From positions 1 to 64,000 of the forward strand of contig CBDEUM010000038.1 of NCBI GenBank assembly GCA_965242925.1: a stretch of DNA of 64,000 bases, in the 5' to 3' direction. Numbering within the stretch: position 1 is the stretch's first letter; each line of letters opens with the position of its first letter. The position numbers and the translations under genes are program-made. The notes under the pieces are model-generated. The model saw only the letters and a list, made by a program, of their open reading frames with translations. It was not told where the DNA came from and did no database searches. The stretch comes from Roseibacillus sp. GTDB taxonomy: Bacteria > Verrucomicrobiota > Verrucomicrobiia > Verrucomicrobiales > Akkermansiaceae. Shown piece by piece: positions 28,817-42,510 of this stretch.

Positions 28817-29449
28817 ATGGTTTCGGCAGGGCAGCAGGAGAGGATCGGGGAAGGTTCCCTGCAATCTGCCGTCGGCGAATCGTTCCGTTTCAGGTGTTCC
28901 TCCTGCCAGATGCTGCTGGAAGTAGCTGCCGAGCTGGCGGGAGTCAGTGGTCCCTGTCCGGGATGCCGCAGGATGATTACGGCACCCCGGACATCGTCAC
29001 CGGCTCGTCAGCCGGAACCGTGCCCGGCTGACTCGGCACAAGGCGCGTCCGGCCATGGAGAGGAGGAGCCAGGTGTGAAGGAGAGTGAGAAGTCCGGCCT
29101 GGGACAGCCTTCCCTGCCGGAGCAGCAGCTCCCTGGGAGCCAATCCTCAGTTTTTGCAGAGCAGAGAACTGGATGTGTTCGTAAGGTGAGGCGCAGGCGC
29201 AAAAGGAGGAAACAGCAGGCCAAGGCGCACTACGAGGTCCGGACCAGGACCGACCATCCCCTCGATGCGATCACTGGGTTTTCTGGGAGCCCCCGGGAAA
29301 AGAGGAGCTCCTTGGCCGTAATCAAGCTGGTGCTGGCCTTTTTACTGACTCTGGCGGCTGTCATTTCGATCATCAGGATCACCCAGAAGGGGGTGGCTGG
29401 ACGTCCCCCCGGAGGGGAGGAAGAGGTTATTGAAAACCTGTCCCGCTGA
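28817..29449 (+). CDS. Hypothetical zinc-ribbon membrane protein
   Basis: RFRCSSC...GPCPGC, a low-complexity linker and a C-terminal TM helix. Confidence 0.6.
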   Translation: MVSAGQQERIGEGSLQSAVGESFRFRCSSCQMLLEVAAELAGVSGPCPGCRRMITAPRTSSPARQPEPCPADSAQGASGHGEEEPGVKESEKSGLGQPSLPEQQLPGSQSSVFAEQRTGCVRKVRRRRKRRKQQAKAHYEVRTRTDHPLDAITGFSGSPREKRSSLAVIKLVLAFLLTLAAVISIIRITQKGVAGRPPGGEEEVIENLSR

Positions 29450-29473
29450 GCCCGTTTCCGGCCCCCATTTTAA

Positions 29474-32125
<2,652 letters not shown>

Positions 32126-32149
32126 AAGATCAGCAGGCAGTAGAATTTC

Positions 32150-34753
32150 ATGTCATCAGAAGACGATATTAAGCCGATCAACGTCGCCGACGAGCTCTCC
32201 AAGTCCTTCTTGGACTACTCGATGTCGGTGATCGTTTCGCGTGCTCTGCCCGATGTCAGGGACGGTTTGAAGCCGTCCCAGCGTCGCATCCTTTATGCGA
32301 TGAACGACTTGGCCCTGGCGCCCAATAAGGCCCACCGGAAATGCGCCAAGATCTGTGGCGACACTTCGGGTAACTACCACCCTCACGGGGAAGCGGTGAT
32401 CTATCCCACTCTTGTCAACATGGCCCAGGACTGGTCCATGAGGGAGATCCTGGTGGATGGGCAGGGGAATTTCGGATCTCCCGAAGCTGATCCGCCAGCC
32501 GCCATGCGGTATACCGAGGCGCGCCTGACGCATCTTGGGATGGCCATGATGACCGACCTTGATAAACGGACGGTCGACTTCGTTCCCAATTACGACGAAA
32601 CAAGCACGGAACCGACGGTTTTTCCGGCGGCCTTTCCCAATCTCCTGGTCAACGGGGGGACCGGAATCGCGGTGGGGATGGCCACGAACCTACCGCCCCA
32701 CAACCTGGGTGAGATCGTGGATGCCCTCTGTGCCCAGATCGACAATCCCGAGATCACGTTGCCCGAATTAATGCAGCATGTGAAGGGGCCCGACTTTCCG
32801 GTGGCTTGCGAGATTCGCGGAGTGAAGGGAATTGAGAGCTACTTCGCGACCGGTCGCGGGTCGGTCAAGATGCGAGGCAAGATGGAGGTGGACGAAAAGG
32901 AGAACGGCACCGCCATTATCACCATCACGGAAGTGCCCTATGGCGTGAACCGTGCCACCCTCCAGCAGCGGATCGCGGAGCTGGTGAACCAGAAGATCCT
33001 TACCGGGATCTCGGGGATGCGGGATCTTACCGACGAAAATACGCGTATTGAGATCACCCTGAAGCGAGACGCACGGCCTCAGGTTCTGGTCAACCAGATC
33101 TATAAGCTCACCGCGATGGAGACATCGTTCAGCGTGAACATGCTCGCCATTCACGAGCGTCGTCCGAAACTGCTTTCGTTGAAAGAGGCGCTCGATTGTT
33201 ACATCGAGCACCGGCGGGAGGTGGTGGTTCGCCGCACGCGCTACCTGCTTGAAAAAGCCGAAGACCGCGCGGAAATCCTGGAAGCTCTCCTTCTGGCCCT
33301 GGGTTGCCTGGACGATTTCATCAAGATGATCCGCAGCTCGAAAAGTCGCGACGAGGCGCGCGAAAAGGTGCGGGGCTATACGTTCAAGCGGGAGGCGGCC
33401 AAAAGTCTGGGCGTGCTCATTCGCGATCAGCCGAGTTTGCAGGGCGACGACTATGTGTTCACCGACCGGCAGGTGAATGCCATCCTCGAGCTACGCCTCT
33501 ATCAATTGGTGGCGCTTGAACGTGAAAAGATCAAGAATGACTACGACGGGGTCATCGAGGAGATCAAGGACCTCATGGATATCCTGGCCAAGGAGGCGCG
33601 GGTGCTTGGGATCATCAAGGACGAGCTCCTGGTGGTGAAGGAGAAGTTCGGGAATCCGCGCAAGTGCGAGATCCTTCCGGATGAAGGCGAGATCGCGATC
33701 GAGGATCTCATCGCCAATGAAGGCATGATCTGTACGCTCAGCCACCGTGGCTATGTGAAGCGGACGTCCGCCAGCGAATATCGCCTGCAGGGTCGTGGTG
33801 GAAAGGGAGTCAGGGGAATGGAGACGCGTGGTGCCAACGAGGATGACGATGACTTCGTGGAGCACCTCTTCAGCGCGCAGGCACACGATTACCTGATGTT
33901 CTTCACAAATACTGGACGGGTTTACGTGGAGCGGGTCTACGAGCTTCCGGAAGGTTCCCGGGCCTCCAAGGGCCGAAGCATCAAGAACGTACTGAACCTG
34001 CAGCCTGAGGAGTCGATTGCGGCCATGCTGCGTCTCGAACGTCGTCTCGACGAGGAAGGCGACGATGTCACTTTCGGCGAGGACGCGGGCTTTGTGCTTT
34101 TCGCCACCCGCACCGGCAAGGTGAAGAAAACTGGGCTCTACGACTTCCGCAACTTCCGCAAGGACGGGATCATTGCAATCAAGCTTGATGAGGGCAACGA
34201 ACTCATCGATGTGCGTCTCACTAACGGCAGCGATGAGATCGTGCTGGTGACGAGTAAAGGTCTCAGCCTGCGCTTCCTGGAGGAACAGGCGCGTCCCATG
34301 GGACGTACTGCTGCGGGAGTGGCCGGAATCAAGCCGGTGGGGAATGATGTGCTGGTGGGATTGGCACTGGTGAGTGACCAGAGTACTCTCCTGGTCGCCT
34401 CCGAGAATGGGATTGGCAAGCGGACTTCCTTTGGTGAATACCGGTCTCAGACACGAGGGGGAAAAGGCATCATCACCATGAAGGTGACCGGGAAAACCGG
34501 GCAGGTGGTGGGAGCAGTGGCCGTGGAGGAAGACGACGAGCTGATGCTCATGACTACAGGTGGGCAGAGCATCCGGATTCGTTGTTCGGAGGTGAGAGAG
34601 ACCGGGCGGAATGCACAGGGGGTCAAACTGGTTACCCTGCGTGGGAACGAGAAGCTGCAGGACATTGCGAAGGTGGTGGCCGGGGATGACGATGAGGAGG
34701 AGAGTGAAGACAGCGGGGAGGATGCTCCACCGGCTGTCGACCAGGAAGAATAG
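32150..34753 (+). CDS. gyrA: DNA gyrase subunit A
   Basis: RALPDVRDGLKP, YHPHG, AAMRYTE, GyrA-box QGRGGKG and C-terminal pinwheel repeats. Confidence 0.97.
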   Translation: MSSEDDIKPINVADELSKSFLDYSMSVIVSRALPDVRDGLKPSQRRILYAMNDLALAPNKAHRKCAKICGDTSGNYHPHGEAVIYPTLVNMAQDWSMREILVDGQGNFGSPEADPPAAMRYTEARLTHLGMAMMTDLDKRTVDFVPNYDETSTEPTVFPAAFPNLLVNGGTGIAVGMATNLPPHNLGEIVDALCAQIDNPEITLPELMQHVKGPDFPVACEIRGVKGIESYFATGRGSVKMRGKMEVDEKENGTAIITITEVPYGVNRATLQQRIAELVNQKILTGISGMRDLTDENTRIEITLKRDARPQVLVNQIYKLTAMETSFSVNMLAIHERRPKLLSLKEALDCYIEHRREVVVRRTRYLLEKAEDRAEILEALLLALGCLDDFIKMIRSSKSRDEAREKVRGYTFKREAAKSLGVLIRDQPSLQGDDYVFTDRQVNAILELRLYQLVALEREKIKNDYDGVIEEIKDLMDILAKEARVLGIIKDELLVVKEKFGNPRKCEILPDEGEIAIEDLIANEGMICTLSHRGYVKRTSASEYRLQGRGGKGVRGMETRGANEDDDDFVEHLFSAQAHDYLMFFTNTGRVYVERVYELPEGSRASKGRSIKNVLNLQPEESIAAMLRLERRLDEEGDDVTFGEDAGFVLFATRTGKVKKTGLYDFRNFRKDGIIAIKLDEGNELIDVRLTNGSDEIVLVTSKGLSLRFLEEQARPMGRTAAGVAGIKPVGNDVLVGLALVSDQSTLLVASENGIGKRTSFGEYRSQTRGGKGIITMKVTGKTGQVVGAVAVEEDDELMLMTTGGQSIRIRCSEVRETGRNAQGVKLVTLRGNEKLQDIAKVVAGDDDEEESEDSGEDAPPAVDQEE

Positions 34754-34907
34754 AGATACTGCTTCCCCTGCGTTCGGGAGGGACAGGCCCTCCGGTTGTA
34801 AGATTTTGGCAATTGAAGGATTACGTGTTAGGGTGTCCCGGCATCGCGTTGAATTTGGCAGATTGCCATTATGGTGCTCCGGTGCTTCAATCCCGCGCTA
34901 CCAGCTC

Positions 34908-35708
34908 ATGAATACCCATCGTTTCGTTCCTGGATCCCTCGCCGCTGCAGTGGTCATTTCGTTCTTTGGCAGTCCCGTTCTGCAGGCCCAGGACGAGAGA
35001 AAGCGTGATCGAGCCCTTCGTATACTCGCCGTCGGGCAGGAGCCGCCCTGGCGAGAAGTGATCCAAGGGGGGCGTCGGGTGCAGGTTACCCCTCCCCTGG
35101 GCTCTCTTCCTCCGGGCCGTCTCCAACTCTCCAACGCCAGGGGAACCGAGTTGGGTGAAGCGATAGGACTGAGGCTCAATCAGATCTCGAGTGTGATATC
35201 GGTTAATTCGGGTACCCACCCGTTGCACGCGGTGGGGGCCGGGGGACTGGATCCGAAACCCTGGCATAAGATCAAGTTCCCCAACATGGCGGCCGGGTTG
35301 GCTATTCTATGGCGGGATCCCGCCAAAGGGAAATGGACCGATGGTTGCAAAGCCATGGTGCTGCGTGACGACCTCACCGGGTTTCCTGCGGGGCGAATTC
35401 GAATCGTCAACGTGTCGAAGTATTCACTTGGGTTGAAGTTCGGAACGGAGAAGGGGTTGCTCAAACCAGGCCAGGTCCTGTTGCGTGCAGGGAAATCGGG
35501 CGCTTTCAGCAAGGTGCCGTTGGAGCTCTCGGTGAAGGATAAGAGCGGACGCTGGGTGCGCGTCATTTCCCAGGAGATCAATCAGCGATCCGAGCAGCGG
35601 ACGCATGTGGTCCTTTATACCAATGATGGGGAGGCTCCTTCCCGCCCGGTTGGAGCGGTGGTCCTGCGGGAAACCGCCCGTAGCCCGGCGGTCAAGAAAC
35701 CGCGCTAG
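34908..35708 (+). CDS. Hypothetical secreted protein
   Basis: ATG at 34908, signal peptide (...PVLQA-Q), basic beta-rich body. Confidence 0.65.
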   Translation: MNTHRFVPGSLAAAVVISFFGSPVLQAQDERKRDRALRILAVGQEPPWREVIQGGRRVQVTPPLGSLPPGRLQLSNARGTELGEAIGLRLNQISSVISVNSGTHPLHAVGAGGLDPKPWHKIKFPNMAAGLAILWRDPAKGKWTDGCKAMVLRDDLTGFPAGRIRIVNVSKYSLGLKFGTEKGLLKPGQVLLRAGKSGAFSKVPLELSVKDKSGRWVRVISQEINQRSEQRTHVVLYTNDGEAPSRPVGAVVLRETARSPAVKKPR

Positions 35709-35884
35709 GGTTCTCCACGCCCGAGGATAGCCCCGGATGGGCCGTGGCTGGCGCTCCAGGTGTAGACAAAACATAGGGGGAGATTCCCCGGATAACTGCA
35801 AATTTCACCGCGCCACTATTGACGGCCCCGGCGCTGCTTGCTTAATTGCCGCGCCTCAACTCAGGCCACAATTCCTCCACCGCT

Positions 35885-36889
35885 ATGTCTAAGTATGCAA
35901 TCAATGGGTTCGGCCGGATCGGCCGGATGGTCCTCCGTCGTCTGGCGGAGAAAGGGGAACTGGAAAAGGTCGTGGCGGTCAATGATCTGACCGACAACAA
36001 GACCCTTGTCCATCTCTTCAAGTACGACTCCAGCCAGGGCATTTTTGATGCCGAGGTGAGCCACGATGACGAGTCGATCACGATCAACGGCCACCGGATC
36101 AACGCTTCCGCCGAGCGTGATCCTGCTGCCCTGCCGTGGGCGGATCTGGGGGCGGAAGTGGTTCTTGAATCGACTGGTTTCTTTATCGATCGTGCCGGGG
36201 CCGGTAAACACATTGAAGCTGGCGCCAGGAAGGTCCTTATCTCCGCGCCCGCCAAGGATCCTGATCTCACGATGTGTCTGGGGATCAATGACGATCTCTA
36301 CAATGCGGACGAGCATCATATCGTCTCCAACGCCTCCTGCACCACCAACTGCCTGGCGCCGATGGTCAAGGTTCTCCACGACAACTGGGGAATCGAGCGC
36401 GGTTTCATGAGCACCATTCACAGTTACACCGGGGATCAGAACCTCCTCGATGGACCGCACAGTGATCTTCGTCGTGCCCGTTCGGCGGCCGTCAGTATCG
36501 TGCCGTCTTCGACCGGAGCCGCCCGGGCCATCGGGTTGGTCATCCCCGAGTTGCAGGGCAAGCTCAATGGCGGAGCCTTCCGGGTGCCGACGCCCACCGG
36601 ATCGCTCACCGATTTAGTGGCGGAACTCAAAGATGGAGTGTCCGTGACCGCCGAGGAAGTGAACGCCGCCTTCAAGGCCGCAGCCGACGGAGCGATGAAG
36701 GGAGTGCTGGAATATAGCGAGGAGCCTCTGGTGCTCGCCGATGTTGTGGGTAATTATCACAGCTCGATCTTTGACTCCGGGTTGACCACCATTCTGGAGG
36801 GGAACCTGGTCAAGATCTGTTCCTGGTATGATAACGAGTGGGGTTACTCCTGCCGGGCGGCTGATGCCATGGGCCTGCTGGCTGGATAA
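35885..36889 (+). CDS. gap: Glyceraldehyde-3-phosphate dehydrogenase
   Basis: INGFGRIGR, SNASCTTNCLAP, WYDNEWGY. Confidence 0.98.
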   Translation: MSKYAINGFGRIGRMVLRRLAEKGELEKVVAVNDLTDNKTLVHLFKYDSSQGIFDAEVSHDDESITINGHRINASAERDPAALPWADLGAEVVLESTGFFIDRAGAGKHIEAGARKVLISAPAKDPDLTMCLGINDDLYNADEHHIVSNASCTTNCLAPMVKVLHDNWGIERGFMSTIHSYTGDQNLLDGPHSDLRRARSAAVSIVPSSTGAARAIGLVIPELQGKLNGGAFRVPTPTGSLTDLVAELKDGVSVTAEEVNAAFKAAADGAMKGVLEYSEEPLVLADVVGNYHSSIFDSGLTTILEGNLVKICSWYDNEWGYSCRAADAMGLLAG

Positions 36890-36915
36890 CCGGCGGACAG
36901 TGCGTCGTTCATTCC

Positions 36916-38112
36916 ATGCCCAAGCTCAGTATTCGCGATCTCAGGGTCGAGGACCGGGAGGTCCTGATGCGGGTTGATTTCAATGTCCCATTGCAGGACG
37001 GAGAGATCACCGACGATACGCGCATTCAGGCGGCCCTGCCCTCGATCAAGCACCTCCTCTCAGGCGGAGCTAGACTTGTGCTCTGCTCCCATCTGGGGCG
37101 TCCGAAGGGTGAGCCGGATGCCCGGTTTTCCCTGAAGCCTGTGGCTGTAAGGCTTGGGGAGTTGCTCGGCCAGGATGTCTTTTTCGGCGATGACTGCATT
37201 GGGGCGGACGTGGCGACCAAGCGGGCCACTTTGGGTAACGGGGAGGTGATCCTCCTGGAGAACACCCGGTTTCACGCCGGAGAGAAGGCAAATGCCCCGG
37301 AGTTCGCCAATGCGCTGGCCGGTCATGCGACGGTCTTTGTGAACGATGCTTTTGGGACTGCCCACCGGGCCCATGGATCGACCGAGGGGGTCACCCACCA
37401 CGTGGAAAAGAGCGCGATGGGATTCCTCATTGAGCGCGAACTCAAGTTCCTCTGCGATAAACTGGAGAGCCCTGAGCGGCCGTTCGTGGTAATTCTGGGA
37501 GGGGCCAAGGTGAGCGACAAGATCGAGGTTATTAGCGCTCTCCTGGAGAAAGCGGATGCTCTCATCATCGGGGGCGCGATGGCCAATACCTTTCTGCACG
37601 CCCAGGGCCACAGGATGGGCAACAGTCTCCTCGAACCCGACAAGTCGGAACTGGCTCTCGATATTCTGGCCAAGGCAGAGGTTAAGGGAGTGAGAATTCT
37701 TCTCCCGGCGGACACCCGCGCGACCCGGGAGTTCAAGGAAGGGGCGGAGACGAAGGTGACTGCGCCATACGCCGAGGGTGGTGAGGTAGGGGATGACTGG
37801 GAGGGAATCGATATTGGTGATCTTGCTATCGAGGAGTTTTGCGCCGAAATTGCTGCTGCCGGAACGATCGTCTGGAATGGACCAATGGGGGTATTCGAGC
37901 TGAACTCATTCGAGAAAGGGACGAAGGAGGTGGCCCGGGCGGTGGCCGATTCGGGAGCCCTGACCATTGTGGGAGGGGGAGACTCCGTGACCGCAGTAAA
38001 GAAATACAATCTGGGCGACAGCATGTCGTTCATCTCGACGGGCGGCGGGGCCTCCCTCGAACTGCTTGAAGGAAAGGAATTGCCTGGTGTGGCGGCCCTG
38101 ACCGATATCTAA
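36916..38112 (+). CDS. pgk: Phosphoglycerate kinase
   Basis: RVDFNVP, SHLGRP, NDAFGTAHRAH, GGAKVSDK, WNGPMGVFE, STGGGASLE. Confidence 0.98.
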   Translation: MPKLSIRDLRVEDREVLMRVDFNVPLQDGEITDDTRIQAALPSIKHLLSGGARLVLCSHLGRPKGEPDARFSLKPVAVRLGELLGQDVFFGDDCIGADVATKRATLGNGEVILLENTRFHAGEKANAPEFANALAGHATVFVNDAFGTAHRAHGSTEGVTHHVEKSAMGFLIERELKFLCDKLESPERPFVVILGGAKVSDKIEVISALLEKADALIIGGAMANTFLHAQGHRMGNSLLEPDKSELALDILAKAEVKGVRILLPADTRATREFKEGAETKVTAPYAEGGEVGDDWEGIDIGDLAIEEFCAEIAAAGTIVWNGPMGVFELNSFEKGTKEVARAVADSGALTIVGGGDSVTAVKKYNLGDSMSFISTGGGASLELLEGKELPGVAALTDI

Positions 38113-38125
38113 CAATGAAACCATC

Positions 38126-38890
38126 ATGGAACGGAAACTGATTATTGCGGCGAACTGGAAGATGAACAAGGGACCCGCCGAGACGGTGGAGTTCATCGAA
38201 GCCTTTCTTCCCGGAGCGGAGCAACTCTCTGAAAAATGCGACATCGTGATCGCTCCTCCCTATATCTCCATCCCGGCTGCCGCCGCCCTGCTGGCAGATT
38301 CGGGTGTGTCCCTTTCCTCCCAGAATGTTTCGGACCAGGATGCGGGAGCCTTCACCGGGGAAGTGTCTACCTGCATGCTCAATGAAGTGGGTGCTGGCTA
38401 CGTGATCCTGGGCCACAGTGAACGGCGCTCGATCTATGGAGAGGCGGATCAGTTTATCAACGCCAAGGTTCGGAAGGCTCTTGCTGCCGGCATTCGTCCT
38501 ATTTTCTGCATCGGTGAGACCCTGGAGGAACGCGAAAGCGGTAAACTGGAGGAGGTGTTGCGCACCCAGGTGAGTGGCGGGCTGGCCGATCTTACGGTGG
38601 AGCATATGGCGGATGTGGTGGTGGCCTACGAACCGGTCTGGGCCATCGGAACTGGTGTGACAGCCACCCCTGGTCAGGCGCAGGAAGCTCACGCCTTTGC
38701 TCGAACGCTCATCCAGGAACAATTTGGAGAGGAAGTGGCGAAGGCCACTCGCATTCAGTATGGCGGGAGCGTCAAACCTGGCAATTCTGCCGAATTGATG
38801 GCCCAGCGGGACATTGATGGAGCCTTGGTGGGCGGGGCGAGTCTGGAAGCCGCAAGTTTCCGTGATTTGATTGCGAACGCTGTAGCGTAG
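38126..38890 (+). CDS. tpiA: Triosephosphate isomerase
   Basis: NWKMN, GHSERR, AYEPVWAIGTG, YGGSV, LVGGASL. Confidence 0.98.
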   Translation: MERKLIIAANWKMNKGPAETVEFIEAFLPGAEQLSEKCDIVIAPPYISIPAAAALLADSGVSLSSQNVSDQDAGAFTGEVSTCMLNEVGAGYVILGHSERRSIYGEADQFINAKVRKALAAGIRPIFCIGETLEERESGKLEEVLRTQVSGGLADLTVEHMADVVVAYEPVWAIGTGVTATPGQAQEAHAFARTLIQEQFGEEVAKATRIQYGGSVKPGNSAELMAQRDIDGALVGGASLEAASFRDLIANAVA

Positions 38891-38913
38891 GCGCGGGAAC
38901 TGCCTGTTTTGTC

Positions 38914-39912
38914 ATGAATCTAGCCGTCTTCGGAACTCCCGATGGCGGATTGCTGGTAGGGGAGGGCCCCTTTGAAGCTCTTGCCGGGCCGCCGGAAAAT
39001 GGCGTGGCCTTTTATCGGAACGACTTTGCGCTGTCCTCTCGGGCACCTTGGTTCGTTCCATGCAAGGTGGAGCAGTTTGAGAGGGGGGCTTTTCCGGATC
39101 ACCTGAGCAGCGATCTTCCGGAAATCGAGTGGGAGGATCCGGAGGTTGATCCGTTTGCTGAAATCTTTACCGAGGTCTCAGATTCCATTCGAAGCGGATC
39201 GATCGAGAAATCGGTTCCCGTGGTGACAGCGAGAGGACGCCTTGCGAAAGGAACCTGCGAGGGGTTGTGCCAGATCCTTGCCGCCGGGGCGGATCCACTC
39301 CGACCCTATGGCTGGATCGATGGAAAGGAAGGGGTGGTGGGCCTGAGTCCAGAGCTGCTCTTTCAGCTGGATGCTGGGACTCTTCATACCATGGCGCTGG
39401 CGGGAACCGCGCGCTTGGAAGAGCGTGAGGCTTTCGGGGTGGACGAGAAGGAAATCCGGGAACACGAGTTCGTGGCCCAGACCCTCTTGTCCAAGCTCTC
39501 CGATCTGGGTGCAACGACGCGGCATCCCCGGGAAATAATGGACCTTGGCCGGCTCGTGCACTTTCACAGCGGAATCGACGTCGAGCTGACCGAACATGAG
39601 TCGATTGACCGTCTGGTGCGGATTCTCCATCCCACACCCGCCCTGGGCCCGCTTCCTCGCACCGTGGAAACCCTGTCGCAGTTGATTGGCTGGCGACAAC
39701 GGCTCGGATGCCCGCTCTGGTTTGGCTCTCCCTTTGGCCTCTGGCGCGAAGGGGCCTTTGAGGCTTTGGTGGCCATCCGCATGATTTCCTGGCGGGGGAA
39801 GGAGGTGCAAGTGCCCTCGGGTTGCGGAGTGATCGAGGAGAGCCGCCTCGTCAACGAATGGCGGGAACTGCGTTTGAAGCGGGAATCCGTCCGCACCGCT
39901 TTCGGGGTTTGA
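38914..39912 (+). CDS. menF: Chorismate-binding enzyme, probable isochorismate synthase
   Basis: SPELLF, ALAGT, KEIREHEFV, LHPTPALG, VAIR, GCGV, EWRELRLK; lies upstream of menD. Confidence 0.8.
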   Translation: MNLAVFGTPDGGLLVGEGPFEALAGPPENGVAFYRNDFALSSRAPWFVPCKVEQFERGAFPDHLSSDLPEIEWEDPEVDPFAEIFTEVSDSIRSGSIEKSVPVVTARGRLAKGTCEGLCQILAAGADPLRPYGWIDGKEGVVGLSPELLFQLDAGTLHTMALAGTARLEEREAFGVDEKEIREHEFVAQTLLSKLSDLGATTRHPREIMDLGRLVHFHSGIDVELTEHESIDRLVRILHPTPALGPLPRTVETLSQLIGWRQRLGCPLWFGSPFGLWREGAFEALVAIRMISWRGKEVQVPSGCGVIEESRLVNEWRELRLKRESVRTAFGV

Positions 39913-40191
39913 GGGGCGGGAGAGGTGCTTGTGAAATCTTTGATGAGGATCGTATCAAGTCGTTAACTGTTGACTCTAGGCCGGTTGTGATTTTCCAGGG
40001 GGTCTTTCTGCGGGGCCTGTTTCTTGGCCTTGTGAATAAGTTGCGAAAGGATTGCATCGGTAGTCGGGAAACCATGACAGGTGCGGGGAGGAGCGAGCCA
40101 GATAGCTCCGTTAACAACTTGGAGGTCTCCTGGCCAGACAGCCCAATCGCAGGCTTGCAGGGGATTCGTAAAGCCTTCTAGTTTTAGCTCA

Positions 40192-41751
40192 ATGAGCGGA
40201 GGGGCTGCCCAGGCGCTGGAAGCGTGTCTTGTGCGCGGGGTGCGTGAATTCGTGGTCTGTGCAGGGGCCCGGAATGTGCCCCTTGTACTGGGCGCAGCGC
40301 GTTGCAGAGGAGCGAAGGTATGGACCCATTTCGAAGAGCGAGGTGCGGCCTTTTTTGCTTTGGGACGTGTCCGTGACTCGTCGCTTCCGGTGGCGGTGGT
40401 TACCACAAGTGGAACGGCCGCAGCCGAACTGTTGCCAGCCGTGATCGAAGCGCACTACCAGGAACGGCCGCTGATTGTAATCACCGGGGACCGACCCGAA
40501 AGCTATCGCGGGAGCGGAGCTCCGCAAGCGATCGAACAGGCGGGGCTCTTTGGGGCCTATGTGGAAGGTTGTGACGATCTCAATGGAAGAGGAGAGCCTG
40601 CCCTTTTCGGGAACTGGAGTGGTTTGCGTCCATGGCATATTAATGTGTGCCTGGAGGAGAATGAAGAGGTGCCGACGGTGAAGTTGCCGGAGCACGATTT
40701 CGAACCGGTGCGGCGTCCGCGCCCTCCGGTGACGGAGCTGATCGGATTTCTGAAGGAGGACTTCCGTGGCGTGGTAGTCTTCCTGGGGGGGCTCGAACCG
40801 GAAGAGCGCGAGGAGACGTATTATTTCCTGCAGCAACTCGGTGTCCCGGTAGTAGCCGATGCCACCAGTGGTTTGCGCGAGGCCCTTGGTAAGCTGGTGC
40901 TGACAGATGGCGATCGTCTTCTGAGCCAACAGCCTCCAGGCAAGATTCTGCGCCTGGGAGATATTCCAGTGGGTCGATTCTGGCGCGACCTGGAGAGCCG
41001 GCCTGAAATCGAGGTGCTCTCCGTCACACGGACAGGATTTTCGGGACTTGCGAGAGAATCAGGGGTGATCACTGGCAATGTGCATGAAGTGCTCAAGGGA
41101 ATGGGCGGGGCACCGTCGATCGGAGATGTGCTCGACCTGTTTCCCGCCTCCTCCGGTTGTCGTGGTCGTCTGGAGGAATTTCTGGAGCGTTATCCCGACA
41201 GTGAACCCGGCCTCGTGCGAGTTCTCTCGACCTATGCCGCCACCGGCGAAAGTGTCTTCCTTGGTAACAGCCTGCCTGTTCGTGAGTGGAATCTCTTTGC
41301 GCAAATGAATGTACCGGTGGGAGAGGTGCAGGCCAGCCGTGGAGCGAATGGAATCGACGGCCAATTGTCGACCTGGCTCGGTTCTACGATGGGACAGGAT
41401 CAGGCCTGGGGCATATTCGGTGATCTCACGGCGCTTTATGACCTGGCGGCACCGGCCCTGCTTTCGCAGGATGATGGAAAGGGAAGAGTGCTGGTGGTGA
41501 TCAATAACAACGGAGGGCGGATCTTCGAGCGGTTACCTCGTCTGCAGGGATTGGCAGAAGAAGAACGTGCCCTCATGGCGAATGCGCACGAGCAGCGGTT
41601 CGAATCGTGGGCTGAAATGTGGGGAATGGATCACCAGATCGTCACGGAGAGAGAAAGTTTCGAAGTGAAATCTCAAGAGAGGCCGTTGGTGCTGGAGCTG
41701 CGTCCGGACGAAGAACAAACCACAGCATTCTGGGAGAACTGGGAAGCGTGA
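40192..41751 (+). CDS. menD: SEPHCHC synthase (ThDP-dependent)
   Basis: GARNVPL, EERGAAFFALG, TTSGTAAAELLPAVIEA, GAPQAIEQ, NSLPVR, RGANGIDG, GDLTALYD, NNNGGRIF. Confidence 0.92.
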   Translation: MSGGAAQALEACLVRGVREFVVCAGARNVPLVLGAARCRGAKVWTHFEERGAAFFALGRVRDSSLPVAVVTTSGTAAAELLPAVIEAHYQERPLIVITGDRPESYRGSGAPQAIEQAGLFGAYVEGCDDLNGRGEPALFGNWSGLRPWHINVCLEENEEVPTVKLPEHDFEPVRRPRPPVTELIGFLKEDFRGVVVFLGGLEPEEREETYYFLQQLGVPVVADATSGLREALGKLVLTDGDRLLSQQPPGKILRLGDIPVGRFWRDLESRPEIEVLSVTRTGFSGLARESGVITGNVHEVLKGMGGAPSIGDVLDLFPASSGCRGRLEEFLERYPDSEPGLVRVLSTYAATGESVFLGNSLPVREWNLFAQMNVPVGEVQASRGANGIDGQLSTWLGSTMGQDQAWGIFGDLTALYDLAAPALLSQDDGKGRVLVVINNNGGRIFERLPRLQGLAEEERALMANAHEQRFESWAEMWGMDHQIVTERESFEVKSQERPLVLELRPDEEQTTAFWENWEA

Positions 41752-42503
41752 ACCTCTGGTGTCTACATGGGGCAGTGGGAATGGCTGCCGATTGGGATCA
41801 CCTTGCCGAACGGATGGCAGTATCTGGACATGAGGTGAAGGCCCTTGATCTGTGGAGTTATCTGGAAGGCGGGGAGTGCAGCTTCCAGGAATTCGGACGG
41901 AAAATCTGTGAGGAGGCCCGGCGGGAAGAGCATCCGCCGTTACTGGTTGGTTACTCCATGGGCGGACGACTCGCGTTGCACGCCCTGCTTGAAGACAGCG
42001 AAGCCTGGAGCGGGGCGATGATCGTTTCTGCTCATCCTGGGCTGCAGGATGAGGGGGAACGGCTCCTCAGGATGGCGACTGACGCGGAGTGGGCGGGGAA
42101 GGCCCTGACCGCTCCCTGGGGGGAGTTTCTCGAGCAGTGGGAGTCTCAGTTCGTCCTGCAGGGAAAGTGCATGGTATCTCCGGCGGATCGGCGTCATCTG
42201 GAGAGCAGGAGGGAAGCGGTGGCACGGGGATTTACTTCATGGACGCTGGGGAAACAGGCTGACCTGAGATCCTTCCTGCAGGAGGTGGCACAGCCCGTGG
42301 TCTGGGTGAGTGGTGTCCGGGACCACAAATTCACCGTTCTAGCGGAGGAACTCTGGGCGGGCATGCCGAATGCCTTTCACCTTGGCCCCGTGGAGGCAGG
42401 GCATCGCGTCCCCTGGGAGGCCCCGGATGATTTTACAAACTGTGTCGAGCACTTGCTGGACATCGCCAATCGATGGTTGCAGAGCGCCGGGGCGGGGGCA
42501 TGA
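41748..42503 (+). CDS. menH: SHCHC synthase (alpha/beta hydrolase)
   Basis: [31 protein letters not shown] start overlaps the menD stop. Confidence 0.85.
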   Translation: MNLWCLHGAVGMAADWDHLAERMAVSGHEVKALDLWSYLEGGECSFQEFGRKICEEARREEHPPLLVGYSMGGRLALHALLEDSEAWSGAMIVSAHPGLQDEGERLLRMATDAEWAGKALTAPWGEFLEQWESQFVLQGKCMVSPADRRHLESRREAVARGFTSWTLGKQADLRSFLQEVAQPVVWVSGVRDHKFTVLAEELWAGMPNAFHLGPVEAGHRVPWEAPDDFTNCVEHLLDIANRWLQSAGAGA

Positions 42504-42510
42504 TCCCGGC

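Noticed and set aside
40031..40039. DnaA-box-like 9-mer as a sign of oriC
   Set aside because: It is a single box with no cluster, and no dnaA or dnaN is in the window.
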